DNA from: an uncultured Oscillospiraceae bacterium
GTDB lineage: Bacteria; Bacillota; Clostridia; Oscillospirales; Oscillospiraceae
Assembly: GCA_958436045.1 (NCBI GenBank)
Contig: CAUBIP010000002.1
Span: forward strand, 1,087 to 65,086
Direction of reading: 5' to 3'
Length of the DNA: 64,000 nucleotides
Under the pieces are notes generated by a model. The model was not told the origin of the DNA. It did not search any database and worked only from the letters and a program-made list of their open reading frames with translations. A program made the translations under genes and the position numbers. Within the stretch, counting starts at the first letter, position 1, and the number at the start of each line of letters is the position of its first letter. Of the stretch, positions 8,948 through 17,903 are shown piece after piece.

Positions 8948-9688
8948 ATGCCATTTTTATTTTTAAGCCCCTCGACCCAGGAGTATAACCCTTACGTCAC
9001 CACCGGGAACGAGGAGTACTGGATGAACCGCCTGGCCGACGCCATGACCCCGTACCTGGAGACCTCCGGTATCAATGTCTCCCGAAACGACCCCGCCGGG
9101 ACTGTCGGCAATTCCATCCGGATGAGCAATGCAGGCAACTACGATTTCCACCTGGCACTGCACTCCAATGCCTCGCCCCCGGCGACCAGCGGGCAGCAGA
9201 CCGGGATCGACCTCTACTACTATCCCTCCAGCGCCCCGGCGCTGCGGATGGCCAATATCCTGGCAGATAACCTCCGCCCCATTTACCCCCAGCCGGAAAA
9301 AGTCCGGACCCTGGCCACCACCTCACTGGTGGAGGTACGAGCTACCCGCGCCCCGGCCGTCCTGGCAGAGCTGGGCTACCACGATAACCCCCAGGACGCC
9401 CAGTGGATTGAGAACAATCTCCAGACCATCGCCCGGGCCCTGGCCACCGGTGTGTGCGAATATTTCGGCCTGCCGCTTCTCTCTCCGGGCGAGGTCCGCA
9501 ACGCCGTCGTCTCGACGGACGGCAGCAACCTGAATCTGCGCGGCGGTCCCTCGACCACCGCGCCGGTGCTGCAAAAGGTCCCGGACCATGCCTCCGTGGA
9601 GGTCCTGGGTGAGTCCGGTGGCTGGTATGTCATCCGCTACGACGGGCTCGTCGGCTACGTGCTGGGCAATCATCTGCTGTTTTTGTGA
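8948..9688 (+). CDS. N-acetylmuramoyl-L-alanine amidase (Amidase_3-like) with C-terminal SH3b-like domain
   Basis: LSPSTQEYN, DFHLALHSNA and AELGYHDN motifs. C-terminal GWYVIRYDGLVGYV is SH3-like. Confidence 0.7.
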   Translation: MPFLFLSPSTQEYNPYVTTGNEEYWMNRLADAMTPYLETSGINVSRNDPAGTVGNSIRMSNAGNYDFHLALHSNASPPATSGQQTGIDLYYYPSSAPALRMANILADNLRPIYPQPEKVRTLATTSLVEVRATRAPAVLAELGYHDNPQDAQWIENNLQTIARALATGVCEYFGLPLLSPGEVRNAVVSTDGSNLNLRGGPSTTAPVLQKVPDHASVEVLGESGGWYVIRYDGLVGYVLGNHLLFL

Positions 9689-10293
9689 TCAGACACCAGA
9701 GCAGGCGGCTGCGACTCGACATCGCCAAGCATCCAGCCCACCGGCTTGCCGCAGACGGGGCACGTCAGCGCCGCGGTCTTTGCCGTGTAGGTATAGCCGC
9801 AGTTGGCGCAGCGCCAGACGATAGGCGACGCCTTGGCAAAGAGCTGCCCGGCCTCCAGCTGCGCACCGCACTGCCGGAAGACCTCGTAATGCACGCCCTC
9901 TGCCACAGCGATGCCCCGCCACAGCCGGGCAGCGTCGGCAAAGCCCTCCCGCTCCGCTGCCGCAGCAAAAGCCGGGTAGACATCGCTGTGCTCCTCCCAC
10001 TCACCCGCCTGCGCGGCTTTTAGATTCTCCGCCACTGTGCCCAACACATAGGGATAGCCTGCCGAGATGGTGAGATTTTCCAGGCCGCCCCGGTTCCATT
10101 TGCAAAGCAGCTCCATAAATTCCTGGGCGTGGGCCAGTTCATTGGCCGCCGCCGTCTCAAAGATCCGGGCGACGACCTCCAGGTCCTCCCGCCTAGCAAC
10201 GGCGGCGGCCAGCTGGTAGCGCGTGCGGGCCTGCGATTCTCCGGCAAAGCTGCGGGCCAGATTTTGACATGTCTCAGAAGTTAAAAAATCCAT
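9670..10293 (-). CDS. rbr: Rubrerythrin
   Basis: Ferritin-like four-helix region with ExxH pairs (ELAHAQEF, AEGVHYEVF). C-terminal rubredoxin-type CANCG...CPVCG. Confidence 0.85.
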   Translation of the reverse strand: MDFLTSETCQNLARSFAGESQARTRYQLAAAVARREDLEVVARIFETAAANELAHAQEFMELLCKWNRGGLENLTISAGYPYVLGTVAENLKAAQAGEWEEHSDVYPAFAAAAEREGFADAARLWRGIAVAEGVHYEVFRQCGAQLEAGQLFAKASPIVWRCANCGYTYTAKTAALTCPVCGKPVGWMLGDVESQPPALVSDHKNSR

Positions 10294-10343
10294 AGATTTC
10301 CTCCGTTTTTCCGCATGAAAGTTTCCTTCTCCGGAGAGTATAA

Positions 10344-10385
10344 ACAGGCGCCGCGGTATTTATGCCGCAGCGCCTGTATTTTTTA
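10344..10385. terminator. Terminator-like GC hairpin between the rbr promoter region and the small ORF
   Basis: ACAGGCGCCGCGG / GCCGCAGCGCCTGT arms with one mismatch. Followed by ATTTTTTAT on the plus strand and TTTAT on the minus strand. Confidence 0.45.
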
Positions 10386-10403
10386 TCATCCGGGAGGAAC
10401 ACC

Positions 10404-10568
10404 ATGAAGCAAAAAAAGCAGCAGCGCACCACGCCGCCCCAGCAGGAGACGCCCTTTTCCGGGCCGATGACAAACTTCCAGTCCAACCAAACCGACCCGC
10501 AAGGCAGCTGGACCGGCTGCCCCGTCCACCGCGATGAGGTCCCAGTGCAGGACGCCGACGATCTGTGA
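10404..10568 (+). CDS. Small hypothetical protein (54 aa)
   Basis: GGGAGGA RBS 6 nt upstream of the ATG. GC3-rich codons. MKQKKQQRTTPPQQ...GSWTGCPVHRDEVPVQDADDL. Bracketed by hairpins. Confidence 0.45.
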   Translation: MKQKKQQRTTPPQQETPFSGPMTNFQSNQTDPQGSWTGCPVHRDEVPVQDADDL

Positions 10569-10594
10569 CCGCAGGCCGCGCCTGAACAAAGCAA

Positions 10595-10623
10595 AAGACC
10601 CGTGAGAAAAACTCATGGGTCTT
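10595..10623. terminator. Bidirectional terminator shared by the small ORF and tRNA-Arg
   Basis: AAGACCCGTGAG-aaaaa-CTCATGGGTCTT hairpin with T-runs on both strands. It abuts the tRNA 3' end. Confidence 0.7.
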
Positions 10624-10700
10624 TGGTACGCCGGAAGGGACTCGAACCCCCGACCTACTGGTTCGTAGCCAGTCACTCTATCCAACTGAGCTACCGGCGC
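10624..10700 (-). tRNA. tRNA-Arg (anticodon ACG), CCA encoded
   Basis: 77-nt cloverleaf: GCGCCGG / TAGCTCAGTTGGATAGAGT / anticodon loop CTACGAA / GGGGGTTCGAGTCCCTT / CCGGCGT-A-CCA. Confidence 0.9.
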
Positions 10701-10816
10701 ATACACACCTCACAAGGTGCTTAGATATAATAGCACAGCCAATCGGAAATTGCAAGGGATTTTTTCAAGAAAAACTATTTTTTACAACGGCTGTACACAA
10801 TATTATTTCCCCCAGC

Positions 10817-10845
10817 TTGACAAAGATGCGGTTTATGTGTATTCT
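10817..10845 (+). promoter_or_regulatory. Sigma-A-type promoter of the CHAP/SLH gene
   Basis: TTGACA, 17-nt spacer, TATTCT. Confidence 0.55.
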
Positions 10846-10928
10846 CATCTGTAGAATTTAGCAGCCTGGCATGCGATACGCCCGGACGCTGCAATCCCTG
10901 CAAAATCCCTGAAGAAAGAAGATGGCGT

Positions 10929-13019
10929 ATGAAAAAACGTGTACTTAGCCTGGCACTGGCTGTGCTGATGGCCCTCTCCCTGCTGCCGACGGCAGCCTCG
11001 GCCTCTACAGGCGGCAAGACCGCCGATGACGCGATCAACTGGGTCCGAAGCAAAGCCGGGCAGCCCTTGGATTACGACGGCGCATATGGCGCCCAATGTG
11101 TCGACCTGATCTGCTATTACTATCGCTGCCTCGGCCAGACCTCCCCTGGCGGTTACGCCAAGGAGTACCGCACGAATGCACTCCCGTCCGGCTGGCAGCG
11201 GCTCCAGGGCGTCCAGCCCCAGAAGGGCGATATCCTGGTCTACAATCCGAGCGTCAAAAATGAAGCCGGCCATGTCGCAATCTATGAATCGGATTACAGC
11301 ACCTGGCATCAAAATTATGCCGACCGGCAATATGTCGTCAATGTCACAAATGTGAGATATGACCAATTTGACAATTCCTACTGGGGCGTGATCCGCCCGG
11401 ACTTTTCCAGCGTGACCCCGGCACCGACCTTTGACAACATCGGCGCAGACGTCTACCGCCTGCTCATTCGGTCAGACGGCTGGAAGCATATCGGGACGAA
11501 TTATTACGACTCCAATAGCTGGAACGTGACGATCTCCCGCACCAACAATGCCAATGACCCAGCTCAGATCTGGCGTTTTATCCGCCAAGCTGACGGCAGC
11601 TATTATGTCCAGAATATGTTCAACGAGGAATACCTCACCTACGAAGGCAATTGCGCCTCGCAGGCGAAGGTGACGACCGCCCCCTTTGCTGGCCAGCGGG
11701 CGACGCGCTTCCAATGGTACATCAAAAGCTACAACGGTATTTTCAAACTGATCGCCAAGGACTCGGTCACGGCTGGCAACTGGCTCGTGCTCGATTGCAA
11801 AGACGGCTCCTCTGCCGCCGGGACGCAGATGCAGCTGTACGGCAACTGGGCGCACACCAGTGACAACAGCAAGGCCCAGCTGTTCAGCCTGTACACCATC
11901 AATTATGTCAAACCCGCAAGGCCCGCCGCAGTGCAGATCACCATTCCGTCTGTGGTAAGTGCCAAGACGCGCTTTACCGTACAGTGGACCGAAAGCCCCC
12001 TCCAGGGCGTGATGGATGAGCGATGGTATCGGATGCGGATTCGCTCGGAGGACGACTCCCTCGTTGCCAATTTCGAGTCGACCGCCAGGAGTGACACCTG
12101 CGCAATCTCAAAGCCGGGCCGGTACTATGTCACAGTGCTGGCAAAGAATACGAAATTTAAGGACTACTCGACGGAGACCAGCAGGGTCTACTTCACGGTC
12201 ACCGCAGAGCATATCCACCAGTACACAAGCACCGTCACGCCGCCGACCTGCACAGAACAGGGGTATACGACATACACCTGCACCTGTGGCGACTCCTACC
12301 GCAGCGATTACACCAACCCGCTGGACCACAGCTGGGACGCTGGTGTGGTCACGACCCCCGCAACGGAAACCGCCCCCGGCGTCAAGCGCTATACCTGCAC
12401 CCGCTGCAGCGCGACGCGGACGGAGGCCATTGCGCAGCTCACCTGCCCAAGCGCCGGATTCACCGATGTCCCGGGCTCTAACAACTGGGCCCATGCCGGG
12501 ATCGACTACTGCGTCTCCAACGGCCTAATGTACGGTATCGGCGGTGACCGGTTCGCCCCGCAGACCGCCACAACCCGGGCGCAGATCGTCCAGATCCTCT
12601 ACAGCCTGAGCGGCTCGCCAAGCGTCAGCGGCGCAGCGCCGTTTACAGATCTAACGCAGGACTGGTACAAAAACGCCGTGCGCTGGGCGTACCAGACCGG
12701 TGTCGTCTCCGGAATGAGCGCGACGACCTTTGCCCCCAATGTCCCGGTGACACGGGAGCAGATCGCGGTAATCCTGATGGGCTACGCGCAAAAGGTCCTG
12801 GGCGTCTCGCGCACCTGGACGCCTGCGGACTTGAGCCGTTATCCGGACGCGAGCCGCGTTTCTGCCTGGGCGCACAACGCTCTGGCGGACACCGTCTCCC
12901 TCGGCCTGATCTCCGGCACGCTGCGCGGCGGCCAGGCCTACCTGGATCCCCAGGGCAGTGCGACCCGGGAACAGGTTGCGACGATCCTGATGCAGTTTTG
13001 CAAAAATGTAAAACCGTGA
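10929..13019 (+). CDS. Secreted CHAP-domain peptidoglycan hydrolase with ricin-type lectin-like region and three C-terminal SLH domains
   Basis: Signal peptide MKKRVLSLALAVLMALSLLPTAASA. CHAP Cys/His (GAQCVDL, GHVAIYE). QxW repeats (QIWRF, FQWYI). SLH repeats (FTDVPGSNNWAHAGIDY, FTDLTQDWYKNAVRWAY, YPDASRVSAWAHNAL). Confidence 0.8.
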   Translation: MKKRVLSLALAVLMALSLLPTAASASTGGKTADDAINWVRSKAGQPLDYDGAYGAQCVDLICYYYRCLGQTSPGGYAKEYRTNALPSGWQRLQGVQPQKGDILVYNPSVKNEAGHVAIYESDYSTWHQNYADRQYVVNVTNVRYDQFDNSYWGVIRPDFSSVTPAPTFDNIGADVYRLLIRSDGWKHIGTNYYDSNSWNVTISRTNNANDPAQIWRFIRQADGSYYVQNMFNEEYLTYEGNCASQAKVTTAPFAGQRATRFQWYIKSYNGIFKLIAKDSVTAGNWLVLDCKDGSSAAGTQMQLYGNWAHTSDNSKAQLFSLYTINYVKPARPAAVQITIPSVVSAKTRFTVQWTESPLQGVMDERWYRMRIRSEDDSLVANFESTARSDTCAISKPGRYYVTVLAKNTKFKDYSTETSRVYFTVTAEHIHQYTSTVTPPTCTEQGYTTYTCTCGDSYRSDYTNPLDHSWDAGVVTTPATETAPGVKRYTCTRCSATRTEAIAQLTCPSAGFTDVPGSNNWAHAGIDYCVSNGLMYGIGGDRFAPQTATTRAQIVQILYSLSGSPSVSGAAPFTDLTQDWYKNAVRWAYQTGVVSGMSATTFAPNVPVTREQIAVILMGYAQKVLGVSRTWTPADLSRYPDASRVSAWAHNALADTVSLGLISGTLRGGQAYLDPQGSATREQVATILMQFCKNVKP

Positions 13020-13038
13020 CGCTTTCCCCGTTTTCAAA

Positions 13039-13069
13039 AGAGGCCCTGCCGTGCGGCAGGGTCTCTTTT
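13039..13069 (+). terminator. Intrinsic terminator after the CHAP/SLH gene
   Basis: AGAGGCCCTGCC-gtgc-GGCAGGGTCTCT followed by TTTT. Confidence 0.75.
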
Positions 13070-13206
13070 GAAACGCCAAATTTTTTCAAAAATATAGTCC
13101 CTCGCGCAGCGGCGTTTTTTGCGCCTGGTATATTTTGGCAAGGCTAAAACCCGCGGCGCGGCAAATACTAAGCCCATGCTTGAAGCAAATGACAGGAGGG
13201 ACAACC

Positions 13207-13665
13207 ATGAAAAAATTGAGCATTTTGATCGCGGTTCTGGCTGTGGTACTGTGCCTGTTCACCGGCTGCGCCACGACCGACGGCAACGTCTCCGGCTCCG
13301 ATTCCGGCAGCATCGGCTCCGATATGCCGGACAACGCGCCGACAGACCGCCCCAACACCGACGACGGCGCCATGACCGACCCGGACGATGACCTGGGCAG
13401 CGCCATGCCGGACGGCGACTCCGCCCCCGGCGACGGCAGCGAGAACAATGCCGCAGCCAATGGCCCGACAGGCGGCCAGAATGACACGCAGACCGACGCA
13501 GGCAGCGGCGCCCGGAATCTCCCGGCAGACGGCCGGGCAGATACGGCCAGTGGCCGCCCGGGCCAGCTCGTCCGAGGCACCGGCACCGCCGACATGGTCA
13601 CCGGCGATACTCCGGCGACGGACCGCGGCGCAAGCCGCACCGCCCCCGGCCCGCAGGCCGCGTAA
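13207..13665 (+). CDS. Low-complexity (D/G/T/A-rich) lipoprotein
   Basis: AGGAGGGA RBS. MKKLSILIAVLAVVLCLFTGC carries a lipobox (LFTGC). Confidence 0.6.
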   Translation: MKKLSILIAVLAVVLCLFTGCATTDGNVSGSDSGSIGSDMPDNAPTDRPNTDDGAMTDPDDDLGSAMPDGDSAPGDGSENNAAANGPTGGQNDTQTDAGSGARNLPADGRADTASGRPGQLVRGTGTADMVTGDTPATDRGASRTAPGPQAA

Positions 13666-13671
13666 ACACAA

Positions 13672-13720
13672 AAGGCATCCAGCCCCTGCTATGGCAGAAA
13701 GCCGGATGCCTTTTACGTTT
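13672..13720. terminator. Terminator between convergent genes
   Basis: GGCATCC...GGATGCC stem followed by TTTTACGTTTTTTTG. Confidence 0.55.
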
Positions 13721-13782
13721 TTTTGTTTTCCCGTTTTCATTTTCCGTTTTTTGCCGGGCAGCATGGGAGCGCCGCCGTTTTC

Positions 13783-14925
13783 TCACCCCGGCTGCCGCGG
13801 CAGAGCAATGGACAGCTCATAGCACCGCTCGCCCCCCGCCTGTTTGCGGGGCCGAAAGCCGTACTTTTCAAAGAAGTGGACCGTCGTATAATCGCCGTCG
13901 GGGATCGTACAGCGGATCTTACTCTTGCCCTGGCTGCGGCAATGGCTGACAGCCTGGCCCAGCAGCTGCACAGCAAAACCGCGGTACTTCCGTTCCGGCA
14001 GCACGCCAAGATAACGGATCACGCCGTGGTCCTGCTCCTGCTCTGGCTCCAGCAGCAGCGCGCCGACCAACGCCTGCCCCTGTCTGGCATAGTACAGCGT
14101 ATTCGGCGCCCGCACCAGGATGGCACGCATCTGTGCCTCGACCGCTGCTTCGTCCGTCCAGGTCAGCGTGCCGCAGCGCTGCACCCAGTTCTGGCGGCGC
14201 AGGTCCATATACAGCGCGCCGCCGTCCTGGGCTAACTCAAACCAGAGGTTATAGTCCTCCCCCAGAGAAGCGCTACGCTGGCACAGGCTGTCCAGCCGGT
14301 TCTGCGTCGAAAGGGCCAGGTCCAGATGGGCGTTGTCATTGAGATAATCCAGCGTAAACCGGCCGCCCTCATACTGCACCCGGCTCACGCCGGTGTTATC
14401 ACACCGGCCCGCCCGGTTCATCGTCTGCCGCGTAAAAAACAGCTCCGCCTGCACAGCCCGCAGGATCGCGCCGTGGGTAAAAATCGCCACCGTCTGGCCC
14501 GCGTGGCGCTCCGCGACCGCCCGAAGCGCCTCGATAAAGCGCCCGGTGGCCTGCTCCAGCGTCTCGCTGCCCGGTGCCTGCCAGGCCCACATATTCTGGC
14601 GGAACACGCGCATCTGCTCGGGGTAGAGATGCTCCAGCGTGCCGAAGCTCTGGTCCTCCCACGTGCCGAAGCATATCTCCCGGAATGCCGGCTCCCGGCG
14701 CAGCCGCAGCCGATGGTCCTTACAGACCGGCAGCGCCGTCTGCACTGCCCGGTTCAGATCGCTGGCGTAACAGGCATGCAGCCGCACCCCGGCGAAGCGG
14801 CGGCGAAGCGCCTCCGCCTGCCGCACTCCGGTGGGCGTGAGCAGCGTGTCGTGCTGGCCGTGCAGCCGCCGGTATAAGTTCCCCTCCGCCTCCGCATGGC
14901 GGATGAAGTAGATCGTCGTCATCAT
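13783..14925 (-). CDS. Histidine phosphatase (phosphoglycerate-mutase-like) / GNAT acetyltransferase fusion protein
   Basis: N-terminal TIYFIRHAEAEGN (RHG motif) ...FTHGAILR. The C-terminal half is GNAT-like (RKYRGFAVQLLGQAVSHCRSQG, FFEKYGF). The start shares one nt with the upstream stop (TAATG). Confidence 0.75.
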   Translation of the reverse strand: MMTTIYFIRHAEAEGNLYRRLHGQHDTLLTPTGVRQAEALRRRFAGVRLHACYASDLNRAVQTALPVCKDHRLRLRREPAFREICFGTWEDQSFGTLEHLYPEQMRVFRQNMWAWQAPGSETLEQATGRFIEALRAVAERHAGQTVAIFTHGAILRAVQAELFFTRQTMNRAGRCDNTGVSRVQYEGGRFTLDYLNDNAHLDLALSTQNRLDSLCQRSASLGEDYNLWFELAQDGGALYMDLRRQNWVQRCGTLTWTDEAAVEAQMRAILVRAPNTLYYARQGQALVGALLLEPEQEQDHGVIRYLGVLPERKYRGFAVQLLGQAVSHCRSQGKSKIRCTIPDGDYTTVHFFEKYGFRPRKQAGGERCYELSIALPRQPG

Positions 14926-15851
14926 TAAATCACCGTCACATATTTTGCCAAATCATCCCGCATTTTGCACGCCGCGTCTTTCGCGCACTGGGCCCAATCG
15001 CGGCCGTCGCTGCCGGTCTTCTGCCAGGCACCGATCACGCTGCGCGACGCGCTGACGATCGCGCCCCGGCCCGCCGCCGTGAACGCCTCACTGACATGCT
15101 TCGCCGTCCCGCCCTGGGCACCGTAGCCCGGCACCAGGAAAAACAGCCGGTCATACTGCTGCCGCAGCGCCCGCAGCACCTGCGGATACGGCGCACCAAC
15201 CACGGCGATCAGCTCGCTGTAGCCGTTTTTGCCGAACAGGTCGATGCTCCAGCGCATGGCAAGATCTGCCACCGCGCTGTAGACCATTCGGCTACCGGAG
15301 ATGAGGTCCTGCACCTCCCGGGAGGATTTGTTCGAGGTCTTGACACAAAGGAACAGATTCTTCCCCTGCTGCTTGCAATAGGGCAAAAACGCCTTGACGC
15401 TGTCACTGCCAAGATACGGGTTGATGCTCAGCCCGTCGCAGGCATAAGGCTGCAGGCAAGCGCCGTCCGGCGTCCGCAGGCCGCCGAAGACAGCGGCGGC
15501 ATAGAGCTGAGAGATATGCCCGACGCTGCTGTAGTTGGCATCCATCATCACATAAAAGCCCAGGCGCTGCGCCTGGCGCAGCAGGCGCTGCATCGCCGCG
15601 ATGCCGCAGCTGCCCAGGGCATCAAAGCAATAGCTCTGCACCTTCACTGCCGGGACAAGGCCCTGCAGTGCCTGCAAAATTTCGCCGCAGAATATCTCAT
15701 ACGCCGCGGCCAATGCCTCCAGGCTCTGACCATGGGTCCGATACGCCTCCTCCAGCAGATGCGGTGGCAGCAGCTCCACCGTCGGGTCCAGCCCAATCAT
15801 CGAGGGATTCTTCAGTTTTCGGATCTTCGCCTGCAATGCATCGATTGACAT
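14925..15851 (-). CDS. Orotidine-5'-phosphate decarboxylase (subfamily 2)-like protein with a substituted catalytic motif
   Basis: Internal ATG at 15851 with GGAAGGGAG RBS. Motifs IGLDP, AVKVQSYCF, SINPYLG, KTSNKSS, LVPGYGAQGG. The expected DxKxxD reads DANYSS (nt 15525-15542). Confidence 0.75.
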   Translation of the reverse strand: MSIDALQAKIRKLKNPSMIGLDPTVELLPPHLLEEAYRTHGQSLEALAAAYEIFCGEILQALQGLVPAVKVQSYCFDALGSCGIAAMQRLLRQAQRLGFYVMMDANYSSVGHISQLYAAAVFGGLRTPDGACLQPYACDGLSINPYLGSDSVKAFLPYCKQQGKNLFLCVKTSNKSSREVQDLISGSRMVYSAVADLAMRWSIDLFGKNGYSELIAVVGAPYPQVLRALRQQYDRLFFLVPGYGAQGGTAKHVSEAFTAAGRGAIVSASRSVIGAWQKTGSDGRDWAQCAKDAACKMRDDLAKYVTVI

Positions 15852-16063
15852 CGTAAAAACTCCCTTCCACACCCGCAGAATCGCTTTAAACCGCACCGCG
15901 CCGCTGGCGCGGCGGGACGCTTCGCGCCCCGCCTTACACCTCTTTGCGGCTATTATAACACAAAATTTCCCAATGCCAAATACCTTTTTCACTGCCGCAT
16001 GATTCCAGCCATATTTCCCGCCCCGCCGGTCATACTAACAGCGGGGGAAGGGAAGGTGAGCAT

Positions 16064-16231
16064 ATGAAGACAGGTGCCTTTTTCACCGCCGTTGGGCTCG
16101 GCATGGCAGCAGGTGCGACCGTCGCGCTGATGCTGCCCCGGCAGTGCGCCATCCGGCAGGCCATGCAAAAAGCGGCGGACTCTGTGGAGCAGACCGTCAG
16201 CGACGCGGCAGACCGGCTGATGGGCAGCTGA
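16064..16231 (+). CDS. Small membrane-anchored protein (55 aa), YtxH-like appearance
   Basis: Below the ORF-track cutoff. GGGAAGGTGAG RBS. MKTGAFFTAVGLGMAAGATVALML hydrophobic N-terminus. GC3-rich. Followed by a terminator. Confidence 0.5.
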   Translation: MKTGAFFTAVGLGMAAGATVALMLPRQCAIRQAMQKAADSVEQTVSDAADRLMGS

Positions 16232-16237
16232 GCCGCA

Positions 16238-16273
16238 CCCGGCGGCGGGTACGTCCCGCCGCCGGGGCTTTCT
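16238..16273 (+). terminator. Intrinsic terminator
   Basis: Perfect 12-bp stem CCCGGCGGCGGG-tacgt-CCCGCCGCCGGG, then GCTTTCTCC. Confidence 0.6.
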
Positions 16274-16282
16274 CCGATCCCG

Positions 16283-17194
16283 CTACGCCACCGCGCCCTT
16301 TTTCAGGTCCGGCGCCGCCAGGATCACCGTCGTGGAGAGGATCAGGGCAAAGCCCAAAAGATCCATCCCCGTGAATGGGACCTTCAGCCAGACGGCGGAG
16401 AGTACCGCGGCCGCCACCGGCTCGATGCAGGCATACAGCGCCGCCTTCGTCGGCCCGATGCGCTTCATGCCCATCATATACAGCGTAAAGGACCCGATGG
16501 TCCCAGCCAGTACGATCACCGCCATACACAGGACCAGGCGCGGCGTCAGCGCGACATGATACCGCCACGGCCGCAGCGTCACGCAGAGCAGCAGGCCGCC
16601 CAGGAACATGCCCCACCCCAGCAGCAGCGGCGCGGAAAAGCGCTGCAACAACCGCCGGGGCAGCAGATTATAGGCTACGACCGCCAGGGCCGCGACCATC
16701 CCCATGGCCAGCGTCTTACCGGAGATGGCCAGGGTGCCAAAATTCCCATGGGTCGCCAAAAGAAATACCCCGGCCGAAGCGCAGACCACCGCCAGCACCT
16801 CTATCCGGCCCGGCCAGCGCCGCTCCAGGCAGCAGACCACCAGCAGCAGCATTGCCGGTGCGGCGTATTGCAGTACCGTCGCCGTCCCGGCATTGGAGAG
16901 CTCGATCGTCGCAAAATAAGCGTATTGGCACATAGCCATGCCGAAGATCGCATAAAGCAGCAGCTGCAGCGCGTCCCGCCCCGACCTCCACGGGCCCAGC
17001 AGCTGCTTCGGGCTGCGGACCAAATGCCAGCCCAGCAGAAGCGCCCCGGCCAGCGTCATCCGCCAAGGCACCAGGAAATTCGAAGTCACATGCTCCGTCC
17101 GGAACAAATACTGGGCGCACGCGCCGCACAGCCCCCAAAAGCAGCCGCCCAGCAGCGTCAGCGTGACGCCGGTCATGGTCTGTTTGCGTTTCAT
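16283..17194 (-). CDS. EamA/DMT-family transporter
   Basis: 303 aa with about 10 hydrophobic spans in two EamA-like halves. Confidence 0.75.
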   Translation of the reverse strand: MKRKQTMTGVTLTLLGGCFWGLCGACAQYLFRTEHVTSNFLVPWRMTLAGALLLGWHLVRSPKQLLGPWRSGRDALQLLLYAIFGMAMCQYAYFATIELSNAGTATVLQYAAPAMLLLVVCCLERRWPGRIEVLAVVCASAGVFLLATHGNFGTLAISGKTLAMGMVAALAVVAYNLLPRRLLQRFSAPLLLGWGMFLGGLLLCVTLRPWRYHVALTPRLVLCMAVIVLAGTIGSFTLYMMGMKRIGPTKAALYACIEPVAAAVLSAVWLKVPFTGMDLLGFALILSTTVILAAPDLKKGAVA

Positions 17195-17353
17195 CTCTCA
17201 AAATCCCGCCTTTCCGACTTCTTATGATACCAGAGCCGGGCGGGAAAAGCAATCTGAAAACTGGTGCAAAATTTTTCAGGAACGCTGGACAAGCCGCCCT
17301 CCAGCCTGCTATAATAAGCCTATCTAAATTTCCGGCCAAGGAGGGCTCCCCAC

Positions 17354-17809
17354 ATGAAATGTCCGTATTGCGGCGACCAGGACAGCAAGGTCATCGACTC
17401 CCGTCATTCCGAGGACGGCGCCAGCATCCGCAGAAGGCGCGAATGCCTGGCCTGTCAGAAACGCTTCACGACCTATGAGACGGTAGAGAGCCTGCCGATC
17501 ATCGTTGTCAAAAAAGACGGCAGCCGGCAATCCTTTGACCGGACAAAGATCCTCAACGGCATGGTCCGCGCCTGTGAAAAGCGCCCGGTCTCCATGGCGG
17601 AAATGGAAGCCGCTGTCACGGACATTGAGCAGGTCATGCAGAATTCCCTGGAGCGGGAGATCAGCTCCTCTGAGATCGGTGAGCTGGTCATGGAGCGGCT
17701 GAAGCCCCTCGACGAGGTCGCCTATGTCCGCTTCGCCTCCGTTTACCGGCAGTTTAAGGACATCAACAGCTTTATGCAGGAGCTGAATAAAATTCTCGAA
17801 GAGCGCTGA
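17354..17809 (+). CDS. nrdR: Transcriptional repressor NrdR
   Basis: MKCPYCG...[12 protein letters not shown] zinc ribbon plus ATP-cone ([14 protein letters not shown]). Confidence 0.95.
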   Translation: MKCPYCGDQDSKVIDSRHSEDGASIRRRRECLACQKRFTTYETVESLPIIVVKKDGSRQSFDRTKILNGMVRACEKRPVSMAEMEAAVTDIEQVMQNSLEREISSSEIGELVMERLKPLDEVAYVRFASVYRQFKDINSFMQELNKILEER

Positions 17810-17903
17810 AGCTTTTCTGGCAAGCACAAAACCTCCGCACGGGATGCCCGTACGGAGGTTTTTTCGTGTTTCATGCAAGGAGTTCACGTCAGGTGCGCAC
17901 CGG

